DNA from: the human T2T-CHM13v2.0 reference genome, Homo sapiens
DNA length: 64,000 nt
Assembly (NCBI RefSeq): GCF_009914755.1
Contig: NC_060943.1
Direction: 5' to 3' (one strand)
The notes under the pieces were generated by a model. The model was not told the DNA's origin. It searched no databases and saw only the letters and a program-made list of their open reading frames with translations. Of this stretch, positions 1 through 50,031 are shown one piece after another. The translations under genes were made by a program, and so were the position numbers. Position 1 is the stretch's first letter, and each line of letters begins with the position of its first letter.

Positions 1-83
1 GTTCAGGCAGTGGGCAGGGGTTTGAGCCTCGGAGCAGAAGGCCCACCTAAGTATTTGTGAGGTTACGGAAAGATCAGGGCCAA

Positions 84-278
84 GGTCAGCCTCATAAACT
101 GTCAAATGCTGGGCCCACAAGGCCAGGCCTTATAGACTGTGAAGTGCTGGGCCGGCAGGAGGTCAGGCCTGATAAACTGGGAAGTACTAGGCCACATGAG
201 GCTAGGTCTCATAAACTGGGAAGTGCTGGGCCTGCGGGAGGTCAGGCCTTACAAGCTGTGAGGTGCCTGGTCACAGGA
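84..278. repeat. Degenerate ~39-40-bp minisatellite, 5 units
   Basis: Units start at 84,121,161,200,240; consensus ggYcaggcctYataaactgKgaagtgctgggcc. Confidence 0.8.
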
Positions 279-307
279 AGCCACAGCCTGATTGATGTGA
301 TGGGTGA

Positions 308-2300
<1,993 letters not shown>

Positions 2301-3386
2301 GGCAAGGAGTGCATTTGAGGGTCTGAGATACTGGGCTGGGCAGGGCAGGGGAGAATCTGACAAGTTGGATCCAGAGTCTCAGACAGCCTCTCAATGCCTT
2401 GGTGAGCATGATGACTATGTCACCATCATTGAGGTCCCTGCTCTCACACATGATGCCACAGGACATTGCTCTGTAATCACACAGGGTGCTTTTCAAATAG
2501 CCTGGCAGGGAAACAGGCTAGCCTGAGATCATAGAGCCCAGCCAAGCATGTCTTATGTCTTACAAAGCCCTGCAGAATCGATTCTAGATCTTGGAGTTAA
2601 AGCCTGCATTGCCACACTGTTTGGAGATCATGGATCCCCTCCTGGAAACCATTTGGATTCTGTTTGGAATCTGTTTGGAGATTATGGATCCCCTCCTGCC
2701 CAGGCAGGAGGGAGCCTCAGGATCTCTGTAGCCACAGCCAGGGTCCCTAATGTCCCATAGGCCACAGTGCAGGAGCCTACAAATGCAGGAGGCACGGTGA
2801 GGTGAGGTTAACTCATCCAAGAGTCTGAAGGTTGGAAGAGGATGAGCTCAGATGAAAACCACCTTCTAAGCATACCATTAGCCACCCTCTCCTCCCAGGC
2901 AAGCCCGTTGGTAGATTTCATCTTCCAGCGTTCAGCAAGTGTTTCCTGAGTGTCATCTGTTTGCTAGGCATTGTTCTAGGTGCTTGGATACACATAAAGT
3001 CAGCAGGCAGGGCTCTGGTAGGGGGGCATTCCAGGCAGAGGGCACAGCCTGTGCAAGGTATCAGAGAAGGATGAACTTGTTGGAATCTGGTGATTGGGAG
3101 ACCATTGTGGCTGGAGGAATTGGGTCTGGGGAGAGTAAGAAGGACGAGATAGGTGGGAACCAGATACAGAGGGCCCCTTGGCCATAGTGAAGAGTTTGGT
3201 GTTTTATTTGTTTTTGTTTTTGTTTTTTTTAGAGATCGGCTCTAGTTATGTTGTCCAGGCTGGATTTAAACCCCCAGACTCAAGTGATCCTCCAGTCTCA
3301 GCCTCTGAGTAGCTGTGATTACAAGTGTGCACCACTGGGCCCAGCTCTGGAGTTTCTTTGTTCTTTTTCTTTTTTTTGAGACGTAG

Positions 3387-3713
<327 letters not shown>

Positions 3714-3914
3714 TGAGCAGGGGAGGGATTCAGGCTGACTCAGATGTTTCTGGGATGGTAAACCCACGTGTCAGCACTCTGGGCCACTCCCAAACTTAGA
3801 ACGTTCTGGGTTGGCCGGGATGGTCCTTGCCTTTCTGGTCAGTAAGCTGGACCCTGCTGTGACCATGTCCCTCTGTGCCCTTGCAGGTCAGTGCAGGAGC
3901 CCAGCCGCTGAGCC

Positions 3915-3965
3915 ATGCCGGGCCCCGGGCGGCCTGCAGCGAGCCCAACCCCTGCACCCAGGTAG
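3915..3965 (+). promoter_or_regulatory. uORF (16 codons) in the KCNN1 5'UTR
   Basis: gccATG at 3915, [19 protein letters not shown] 3963-3965, ending 2 nt before the main ATG. Confidence 0.7.
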
Positions 3966-3967
3966 TC

Positions 3968-28484
<24,517 letters not shown>

Positions 28485-28765
28485 CGGCCCTGCCCGCCAC
28501 CAGACCCCTAAATCTTGGCCATCGTGTGGCCGCCACCTCCGGGAAGCCTTGTACAGTGGCGCCTCTTGGAGTTCAAGAAGCCGACGCTGAGTCAGGCTGA
28601 GTGGACTGAGGCCTGCCCCGCCCAGACTGCCCAGGCAGAGGGCAGGGCTGGACCATGGGTGAGGGCAGGGGAGCCCGGAGCTTCCTCTGGTCACCTGGTC
28701 CCCCGACTCTCCCCAGGCCCCCGGTGGGCATGGAGCAGCCCGGGGAGGGGTCCGTGCTGGTTCTG

Positions 28766-28771
28766 AATAAA
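28766..28771 (+). terminator. KCNN1: KCNN1 polyadenylation signal AATAAA
   Basis: AATAAA ~280 nt after the stop, followed by GT-rich downstream sequence (ctgtgtg). Confidence 0.75.
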
Positions 28772-29328
28772 GCAGGACCCGCCTAGTGGCTGCCTGTGTG
28801 CATGGCTGGAAGGCACTGGTGATGTCCCAGGAGGTAGACCTCCAGCCCTGGGTACCAAGATGAATGTGGGAATCAGAAAAACCTGTTCCCATCACCGGCC
28901 TAGCCTAGAATCCTAGCCTAGAAGCCCTCTCTCCCTCTGGGCTGGAGCTCAGTGAGGGACAACTCTCTAGGGACACCTGTACCAGCCCCACCTGGCGCTG
29001 AGATCCCTCAGACAGCATGGCCCAGCCCTGGCCAGAAGCATCGCTCCCCTTCAACCAACCGCGTTGATGGACACCCACTGTGTGCCAGGCCCCAGCGGGG
29101 CCCATGGGGGAGGTGACCTGGGTGAGGAAGGTCATTTGGGTTTTTGTGAGATTTGTATTGAGCACCTGCTGTCTACAGAGAATGTGATGATGTCAATTAC
29201 CACACTGATTCCTCATCAGAACTTGACCATGGTGGGATGGGGGGGAAACTGAGGCCCAGAGAGGTGAATCTACCTACCTGGGACCACACTGCGAGGAAGG
29301 ATGGTGCATTCAAACTGGAAATCCCCTA

Positions 29329-29676
<348 letters not shown>

Positions 29677-30689
29677 TCAGGGGTGGGCTACAGGGGAGGG
29701 TTCCAGACACAAGTAGAATCAGAAAGGTCCCTGGAGGCCATGGGCTTGGGTGCTGGGAGCAACAGGCATTTACTTGGCAGATGCTGAGCCCTGGGTGGGG
29801 CGAGGAGGCCTGGCTCCTGGGGAGACGACGCTGTGCATAGCCGAGGAGCCCCAGGTCCTGGCAGCCTCTGATAAGGCCATCCATCGCCTGGCTCAACGAG
29901 ATAACTAGGCCGTGGCTGGTGCATGAATGACCAGCTTGGGCCCACGCACGAGAAGGGTATGAGGAGGTGCTGGTCAGACCCGGGTTCGAGTCCTGACTCT
30001 GCCACTGCTGGGTGACTCTGAGCAGTGGCTGCCCCTCTGGGGCCTTGGTTGTTTCATCTGTAAAATGGGGTGACAGTCTATTTAACCAGAACTCCCTAAA
30101 AAGGGCCAGGCAACTGGTAGGTGCTCAATAAATGCTCCTTCCCGCCTGAGGGATCACACTGGAGTCTTTGGCAGGACTCATCCTTTCTACCCTGTTGTCT
30201 GGCTGGGGAAACTAAGGCCTGAGAAGGAAAGGGGCTGTCCTTCAGGGTGAGAACCCAGGGTTTGGTTAAGGAACATCCGTGGGTGTACCTTCTGTGCCAG
30301 TGGTAGCTCCCAGGTCTGATGGCAGAGGCACAGTAAACCCATAGTACTTAAAAAAAAAAAAAAAAAAACACCAAAGCCATAAAGTTATGAACAGGCCGGG
30401 CGTGGTGGCTCACGCCTGTAATCCCAGTACTTCGGGAGGCTGAGGTGGGAGGATCACCTGAGGTCAGGAGTTGGAGACCAGCCGGCCAACATGGTGAAAC
30501 CCTATCTCTACTAAAAATACAAAAATTAGCTGGGCGTGGACGACTCCTGTCGTCCCAGGTACTCAGGAGACTGAGGCAGGAGAATTGCTAGAACCAGGGA
30601 GGTGGAGATTGCAGTGAGCCAGGATCACGCTACTGTGCCCCGGCCTGGGCGACAGAGCGAGACTCTGTCTTAAAAAAAGAGAGAGAGAA

Positions 30690-30796
30690 AGAGAAAAGTA
30701 AACAAGGCAAGAAAGAAAGAGAAAAAAAGAAAGAGAGGAAGGAGGGAAGGAAGGAAGGAAGGAAAGAAAGAAAAAACAGAGAAAAGTAAACAAGGC
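30690..30796. repeat. Purine microsatellite with (GGAA)5, bounded by a 19-bp direct repeat
   Basis: GGAA x5 at 30745-30764; AGAGAAAAGTAAACAAGGC at 30690-30708 and 30778-30796. Confidence 0.85.
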
Positions 30797-30929
30797 CAGA
30801 GGTGGCAAGGGGACTCTGAGGAAGTGGCATTTGGGCGTGGGCGGGATGGGTGGGAGAACGGATCTGGTAGCGGAACGGCCCAGTGCGGAGGCGAAGAGAG
30901 CTACTCGAGGTGGATTTTGTTTGAGGGAC

Positions 30930-31760
30930 AGCCATGAAGTGACAATGACGGGGAGACTGAGGCGGTGCCGGGTTCTGGGCGGCGGGGGGGGCAGGGGTAG
31001 TGAGGGGCGAATGAGACCATAGGGCTGAGATCTGCGGCCGCCTCGGTGCCTCCCCAGCCACCTCCGCCCCTGCCTGCTTCTGATTCAACAGCGCCGACCC
31101 TACAAAAACAGGGCCCGCCCATCTCCGAGGATGGCAAAGTCAACAGTGCGGGCACGCGGGCGGCCAGTCCCCGGCGGCCCGCGTGCGTCACGGGGGCGGA
31201 TGCAGAGGACCAGGAAGTTCGCCGACGACGCGCCCGCCCTGGGCCACCGGCGCCGGCCCAAGTTCGCCGGGGGGGCCCGGAGGAAGCTCGGGGGACGCGA
31301 CGGGGGAACGCGGAAACCCCGGGGATCTGCAGGCGCGCCCGGGCCGTGTGCCTTCTCTCCGCGTGTCCAAACCGTGTCCCCAGCCGCGCGCCATGCGCTC
31401 TGGGGGCGTGCGCAGCTTCGCGCTGGAGCTGGCGCGGGGCCCGGGCGGCGCCTACCGCGGCGGGGAGCGGCTGTGCGGCCGGGTGCTGCTGGAGGCGGCG
31501 GCGCCGCTGCGGGTGCGAGCGCTCGAGGTGAAGGCGCGCGGCGGGGCGGCCACCCACTGGTTGGAGGGTCGCAGCGTGGGCGTCAACGCCGTATCCAGCG
31601 ACTACGCGGCCGCGGAGACCTACCTGCGGTGTCGGCAGCTGCTGCTCCGAGGTGAGACACTCGTCGCGCCGCCCCCGCAGCAGCCGGGACCCCCTCGGCC
31701 GCGACCCTCTTCAGGGCCGGAAGCCTCTCAACTTAGAACCTATGCGGTCGGGTGATCCTT
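30930..31760. promoter_or_regulatory. ARRDC2: CpG island / distal TATA-less promoter of ARRDC2
   Basis: Dense CpG, GC boxes and ETS-type CAGGAAGT (31211-31218) spanning alternative exon 1. Confidence 0.85.
31393..31651 (+). CDS. ARRDC2: ARRDC2 alternative (distal) first coding exon; 402-aa isoform when spliced to 38789
   Basis: gccATG, MRSGGVRSFALEL...GRVLLE...THWLEGRS (arrestin-N strands); phase-1 donor G|gtgaga compatible with exon 2. Confidence 0.9.
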
Positions 31761-32612
31761 TTCAAGGAGGGGGAAACCCCCTTCCCGGGGTCCTGACCCT
31801 CCCACAGGTCAGGAGTTCAAGACTAGCCTGGGCGACATGGTGAAACCCCATGTCTCCAAAAACTACAAAAATTAGCCAGGCTTAGTGGCGCGCGCCTGGA
31901 GTCCCAGCTACAGGCTGAAGTGGGAAGATCGCTTGAGCCTGGGAGGTAGAGGTTGTAATGGGCTGAGATCGCACCACTGCACTCCAGCCTGGACACCCAC
32001 CCCGCCCTGGTCAGGACCCCCACTAACCGGGAACGTCTACCCAGGGTCTGGGTGTTCCCTTCTCTGGAGCCAGACTCCCTCAACTTAGACTGTGCGGTGG
32101 GGAGACCCCTTTCAAAGCAGGGGGACCCTCCTATTAGAGTCCAGGAAACCCGCGGGAAGTAGAGTGGGAGATCTCCCTGGTGGACCCCAGTGTCCCCGTT
32201 GATCCCAGGCCTGGAGTCCCTGATTCTCAGAGAAGGCCCCCAACTCGTGTTACCCAGGGCCCCACCTCAGTTTACCCCACAGGGTCTGCAGCGCTGAGTT
32301 CTTCCCTGGGGTAGGGTTGGGGGTCTGGTGGTATTTCCCGGTGAGGAGGTGGAAATGCATCCCAGAGGGGAAGAGATGAAGTGGGGTCACATTCTCCTGG
32401 GAGTCTGGGTCTTGGGCAGGTCCCTACTCTTCCCCGAACCTCAGTCCTTCTCGCACCCCAAGCGCCCCTAGGCCACGCAGCTGGTCACCAGCGAGCCAGG
32501 GGTCACAGAAGGAGGCAGTCCATACCCTCACACCCTACTGTGTGGCTGCGGGAGGGCATCATCCTCTCTGGGCCGCCCTGGCTATTCCTCCGGGCCAAGC
32601 CAGACCTCACTA

Positions 32613-36735
<4,123 letters not shown>

Positions 36736-37221
36736 TTAAAAATTGTTAAATTGTTATACATTTAAGGAAAAAACAGTGACACTGGAGGGGCGAGGCCAGT
36801 GGAGGTGCTGTGTGACCTCGGGCAGAGCCCCACCCATCTCTGGGCCTTTGGGGTCCGTCTGCGAAATGAATTGAGGGAGGCGCTGGCTCAGTAGTCCCTT
36901 CAGGGTTACCTAATCCCGCTTCTCCTCCCGGACTTAACGGCCTACTGTCTCCCCTCTAGTATCCATTGAAACCTGGCCTAAGGTCCCAGACCTTCCTTTC
37001 AACTCCAAAGACCCATCCTCCCAGGCAGCCTTCCAGGCTGATCACTGTGCCTCCAACTCCGTCGTTCCTGTTCCGATCCCCATCACGGGCTGAGGGTGAC
37101 CGTGTTTGTTTATGACCGCCCCCTCCACCCACACACCTCACTGAGGTGGTGGAAGTCTCCTGAGCCAGGCTCAGAGGCGGACAGTCACGGCAGGGGATGG
37201 GTTCAGCGGCAGCGCATTACG

Positions 37222-37240
37222 CTGCCACGAGAGGGCGCCA
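37222..37240 (+). promoter_or_regulatory. CTCF motif
   Basis: CTGCCACGAGAGGGCGCCA, core CCACnAGAGGGCGC in CpG-retaining unique sequence. Confidence 0.6.
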
Positions 37241-37999
37241 GCGTCCCGCAGACGACGCAGAGGCAACTCCCGCTGGAGAAACTCCATGCGACTTTTCTTT
37301 GGGGAAACTGAAGCCCAGAGAGAGGTCACGCCGTCCCGTGGCCACACCGCAGCTGTGGACCTGGGGGTGCCCGAGCGTCCCCTGCATTCAGCTCTGTGGC
37401 GGGACGGGGGCTGAGGATGACTGGAGCAGGCACAAGGGCTGCGGGGAAGGTAGGGTTTGCCAGAGGCTGAAAATTGGGAAGGGAACATCATTTCGTAGGT
37501 ACCGCTCCTGGGCGAATGCGCCGAGGCGCGACCGAGTGACGGTATGTCAAGAGCAGGTTGATGACCCGGGAGCGAGGCTCTTGGAGGAGTCCAGCTGGGG
37601 CTGCACGATGATCCATGCACAACCTTCTGAGGTCAGGACTGATTTTTACTTTCTCCCGGCTCTACAGAGGTGGAAACTGAGGCTCCAAGAGGTTGTCATT
37701 TGCCCAGAGCCACCAGCTAAGCGGGACTTGAATCAGGAAAGGGGTGCAGCAGGCACCAGTGTGGAGGGCGGTCCCACCCACCTCCTCCACTTCTCCCTTT
37801 GCATAGCGGGGGAAACAGGCCTGGAACAGTCATAGGCTCTCTGGCCCTCAACTGGGGCGAGAGTCCCCCGCCCCAAATCGGGCTGGACATGCCTCGAGTC
37901 ACGTCAACGAGGGGCGGCTGGTGAGTGATTAAGCCGAGAGGCTGAAGGCTCTGCTAGGTGACCTCAGGCCTGGGCCCTGCCTCTGCACCTCTTTTTTTC

Positions 38000-43045
<5,046 letters not shown>

Positions 43046-44160
43046 ACGGCACAGGGACCCCTCGAGGAACAAGGTTGCACACCAGCTTTCAGCCACCATG
43101 ACTGTGGGGAGTGGCTGGACCAAGGGCTGACCTCCCCGACTGCATCAAAGTTGGGGAACCAAGTCTCAGAGTGAGGCGGGGGCCTTTCGGATATCACATG
43201 GGACAGAGGAAGAGCCCGGCTGGAATCTGACTTACCTGGACCGCTGTCCTTGTGAGGCATTGAATGCCCAGTGCAGTATCCGAGAGACTGTTTAATAACC
43301 TGTCTTCCCAGCCAATTGGTGGTGCTGGAATCCCCTAGGAGCCTTCAGTCTGGGAGAAACAGAGCCAGACATAGACAGTTCCAGCATCACAGAACCAGAA
43401 GAAGAGACCTGCAACTGTGAGAGTCCAGACAGGAAGCAGAGAAGGCGTCCTTGCGGAAAGGGCATTTTAGCTGAGGCTTTGGAGTACGAATAGGAGCTCA
43501 GCAGGCAGACGAATGAGGAATAAAGGTCAGAGAAGGTCAGAGCTGAGTGACGTTTGGAATCCACCCCGTTTATTGTAGAACTGGGGGTTCAGAGGGCAGG
43601 TGCCTCAGAGTTGAGGCCACACAGTGAGGTCTGGTGGGTGAAAGGACCCAGGAACGAGGCGTTCAGGAAAGCAGGTTGTCAGAGCTATGTGGAGTCTGTG
43701 GGTGGCAGGGGCAGCCGCTCCAGCCTTTGAAGACTTTGAAAGCCAGAGATTCCTGGCGCAGGCTTGGACTTCCTGGGAGCTCCTCCAAGTACCCAGGGGC
43801 ATCAGAGCTGCCTGGGTGTTACATGGCCCAGGGAACCCAGGTTCAGGGTAGGACAGGCAAGACCAGATACCCAATGTGCAAAGTGAAAACACTGGGCTCC
43901 CTGTTAAACGATGAAGAATTCAAGACAGTGACAGCATTACGTCACCCCTGGGGACAGAGGTCAGCCTAAGGTGACACACGGGGACTACTGTGCTTCCGGA
44001 GGCTCCCTGTGTCCTGGAGGAGAAAAGCATTAGAGGGGGCAGCTGGACAAGCTCCCAACTGCAGAGTCCCAGCCCTGGCTGGGGCAGGGCCCCGGCCTGG
44101 GACTCAGCATTTCTGATATGCCTTAAGAATTCATTCTGTTTTGTACAATTATTTTTTAAA

Positions 44161-44166
44161 AGTAAA
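44161..44166 (+). terminator. ARRDC2: Probable ARRDC2 distal poly(A) signal (variant AGTAAA)
   Basis: Preceded by TGTA (44142) and a U-rich tract at the end of the repeat-free 3'UTR-like sequence. Confidence 0.5.
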
Positions 44167-44759
44167 CGTGTGGAGAAAGAATCCGGGCTTCTTGGTTTAT
44201 TTCCGCCCCCGATCTGGCTGCTGAGGGAACTGGGACTGCCATCCCTGGTCACTATCTTGGAGACTAAATTCCTGGCCAAGGAAGGCAAAGGGGCTCATGA
44301 TTGAGAAGGGGAAACTGAGGCCCAGGACTGGGAGGGGGTTGGTCCAAGGACATATGAGGAGGCTGAGCTGGGGTGGGAGCTGAGCCCTGGGCCCCATACC
44401 TGCACCGCCTATCGGAGTCTCAGAGGCTGGCGGGGGCTGAACAGTGGAGGACAAGCAGAGAACTCTATCCTCAGAGAGTGGGGAGCAGGGGGCTGGGGCT
44501 GGGAGGAGCCGCCTGAGTACGGGAACATCCTGTCATCTGAGTCTAGGTTTGGTTTTTGTGGGGTTTTTTCTGTTTGTTTTTGTTTTTCAGAAGGAGTCTT
44601 GCTGTGTCGCTCAGGCATAGTGTAGAGTGTAGTGGTGTGATCTCAGCTCACTACAACCTCCACCTCCTGGGTTCAAGCGATTCTCCTGCCTCAGCCTCCA
44701 AGTAGCTGGGATTACAGGTGCCTGCCACCACACCCGGCTAATTTTTGAATTTTTAGTAG

Positions 44760-44963
<204 letters not shown>

Positions 44964-45079
44964 TAGTAGAGACAGGGTTTTACCATGTTGGCCAGGCTGG
45001 TCTCAAACTCCTGACCTCAGGTGATCTGCCTGCCTCCGCCTCCCAAAGTGCTGGGATTACAGGTGTGAGCCACCATGCC

Positions 45080-45880
45080 TAGCCCTGGATTTGTTTTTAT
45101 TGAGGTGAAATTCACATATTGTAAAATTCACCACTTGAAAGTATTCAATTTAGTACACTTTACAATGTAGCATTTAATACTCATAATGTTTCTTTTGTTT
45201 GGTTTTGAGATGTTCTCACTCTGTTGCCCAGGCTGGAGTGCAATGGCCCGATCACAGCAGCCTCAAGAGATCCTGGGCTCAAGAGATCCACTTGCCTCAG
45301 CTCCTCGAGTGGTTGGGACCACAAGTGTGTACCACCACACCCAGCTAATTATTTTTTTGTAGAGACACGATCTCCCTTTGTTTCTCAGGTGGGTCTTAAA
45401 TTCCTGGGCTCCAGCAGTCCTCCCGCCTCAGCCTCCCAAAGTACTCGGATTACAGATGTGAACCATCACAACCGACCTGGCTATTTACGATGTTATGCAA
45501 CCATCACCACCATCTATTTCCAGAACATTTCTATCCCTGCCAAAGGAAACCCTGTCCCCACTAGTGATCAATCCCCATTCCCCTTCCCCCACCTCCAGCA
45601 ACCACTTTCTGTCTCTGGATTTGCCTATTGTGAACATTTCATATCAATGGAATCATGCGGCCTTTTGTGTCTGGCTTTTATCACTCAGCATGTTTTCCGG
45701 GTTCATCCACATTGTACTATGTGTCAGAACTTCATTCCTTTTTCTGGTTGAATAATATTCCATTGTGTGCGTAGACCACATTGTGTTTAGCCATTCATCC
45801 GCGGATGGACATCTGGGTTGTTTCCACGGCTTGGCTATAGTGAATCTTGCTGCTAAGAACACGTGTGTTCAAGGATTACT
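45080..45880 (-). mobile_element. L1MB-type LINE-1 3' fragment with Alu insertion
   Basis: aataatattccattgt...ccattcatccgcggatggacatctgggttgtttcc...gctatagtgaat. Confidence 0.7.
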
Positions 45881-46030
45881 TTGAAAACCCACGGAGCTGT
45901 TAGGTGGCCCTAGTGGCGTGGGGCTGTTATTCTTCTGGAGTTACAGGTGGGGATAGTGAGCTCAAGAGAAAGAGACTAGCCTGGCCAACATGGTGAAATC
46001 CTGTCTCTTCTAAAAAGAATACAAAAATCA

Positions 46031-46444
<414 letters not shown>

Positions 46445-46975
46445 TCAAAACTGCCCCTTGGGCCAGGCACAGTGGCTCACACCTGTAAATCCCAGCACTT
46501 TGGGAGGCCAAAGCAGGAGAATCGCTTGAGCCTAGGAGTTTGAGACCAGCCTGGGCAACATAGCAAGATCCCGACTCTACAAAAAAAAAAATATATAAAA
46601 AATTAACCAGGTGTGGCAGTGTGGACCTCTAGTTCTAGCTACTCAGGGGGATGAGGTTAGGAGGATCACCTGAGCCTGGGAAATCGCGGCTGCAGCGAGC
46701 TATGATCGCACCACTGCACTCTAGCCTTGGCGACAGAGTGAGATCCTGTCTCAAAAAAATATATAAACACTGCCTCTTAGACTCCAGAGTCCATGCCGCC
46801 CTCAGGCCACATGATACTGTGCCCCTCAAGCTCCTGCTGAAGCTCTGCCTGTCTCACCTAAGCCCTCGTGCCCCTCCAAGGTTGGGCAAGGCCCTATTGA
46901 AACCCTAGTCTGGGCCGGGCGCGGTGGCTCAAGCCTGTAATTCCAGCACTTTGGGAGGCTGAGGTGGGTGGATCA

Positions 46976-47308
<333 letters not shown>

Positions 47309-48752
47309 TCAGGGCTAGGAGCCAGGGATGAGGACTGGGGGACCCAGGGGCTGGACATGAGGAGATCTGGGTTAGGTAGGGCTTGGCTCTCTGTGTGACT
47401 GCAGGCAGGTCACCTTGCGTCTGAGCCTGTTTTGTCATCTGAGACTCTGGGAGACAGCCCATCCCCACACCCTACCACAGTCCTCAATCACGTCCTTCCT
47501 CTGGCCTGAGGGTGAGCCCTCCTTTCCTGCTACCCCTGGTTCTAAGGTCTACCAAGACCTCCTTTGACCTGGCATCAAGCTTGGAGCATGCCATACATGG
47601 GAGGTCCCTGGGGCCAGCAGAGAGGAAGCATTCCCACAGCACAGTCACTAGAAGCCGAACTGACAGTCTCAGTAGGAAATGAGTTATTTGTCATGCGGGG
47701 TGTGCAAGACATATCAGTTTCCAGATCCATGTTCCCAAACAGAGGAGAGTCTAAGGTATTTATTCCAGCAAGGGATGTGGGTACAGTGCGACAAAAAGAT
47801 TCCACCCAGCGGGGGTGGGAGGACAAGACGCCCCGTGTCCTCAGGACTCCTGAGTCTGCAACTATGGGGAACTTGATCCTGACAGAAGGAGAACTTTCCG
47901 GTTCAGATGATCAACAACCAGGATTAAGCTGGCCCAGATAGTCCCAATTCAGGAAACTTCCTGAACATGGGGAGGGGCCTAGGGAGCCCAAAGGCAGGTG
48001 GTCAACTTCTATCAAACATGAAATGAGGCCGGGCGCGGTGGCTCACGCCTGTGATCCAGCACTTTGAGAGGCTGAGGTGGGAGGATCACGTAAGGCCAGG
48101 AGTTTGAGACCAGCCTGGGCAACAGAGCGAGACCCCATCTCTACAAAAAAAAAAATGTAAACATTAGCTGGGCCTGGTGGCATGTGCCTATGGTCCCAGC
48201 TACTCAGGAGGCTGAGGTGGGAGAATCACTTGGCCCAGGAGGTCTAGCCTGCAGTGAGCGATGATCAAACCACTGTACTCCAGCCTGGGTGACGTGGCAA
48301 GAATTTTTCTCCAATAATAATAATAATAATAACAACAACAACAGCAGGCCGGGCACAGTAATCCCAGCACTTTGGGAGGCCAAGGCGGGTGGATCACGAG
48401 GTCAGGAGATCAAGACCATCCTGGCTAACACAGTGAAACCCCATCTCCACTAAAAATACAAAAAGTTCTCCGGGCGTGGTGGCGGGCACCTGTAGTCCCA
48501 GCTACTCCGGAGGCTGAGGCAAGAGAACGGTGTGAGCCCGGGAGGCGGAGCTTGCAGTGAGTAAGTGGAGATTGAGCCACCGCACTCCAGCCTGGGCGAC
48601 AGAGTGACACTCTGTCTCAAAAATAAATAAATAAATAAAAAATAACGAAATAACAAAAACCCCAACCCTCTCCAGGCCCGTAAGACCCCCTGCCCACCTC
48701 TCCCTCCAGCTCCCCCTCCCTCCCCGTCTGCTACTCAAACACTCCAAGCTGA

Positions 48753-49232
<480 letters not shown>

Positions 49233-49365
49233 TAGTCTTCCTAGCCCTCATCACGCTCTGAAATTACTACTTAGATGTTCATTTGTTTGTCTGACCCTCT
49301 GTGGGCAGGGCCAGATCCAGGCTCTGACCCCCGCCCCAGCATGCAGCAGGCATGAGGGTGGTTGA

Positions 49366-49659
<294 letters not shown>

Positions 49660-49854
49660 TGATCTGCCCACCTCGGCCTCCCAAAGTGCTGAGATTACAG
49701 GCATGAGCCACCACGCCCGGCCTTTTTCTTTTTTTTTTCTTTTCTTTTTTTTTTTGAGACAGCATTGTCCAAGCTGGAGTGGAAAGCCTCGATCTCGGCT
49801 CACTGCAAACTCTGCCACCCGAGTTCAAGCAATTCTCATGCCTTGGCCTCCTGA

Positions 49855-50031
<177 letters not shown>

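Noticed and set aside
30901-31557. 218-aa minus-strand ORF over the distal CpG island, and similar antisense ORFs at 38004-38594 and 40113-40961
   Set aside because: Stop-codon depletion in GC-rich sequence antisense to ARRDC2 exons; no recognisable protein
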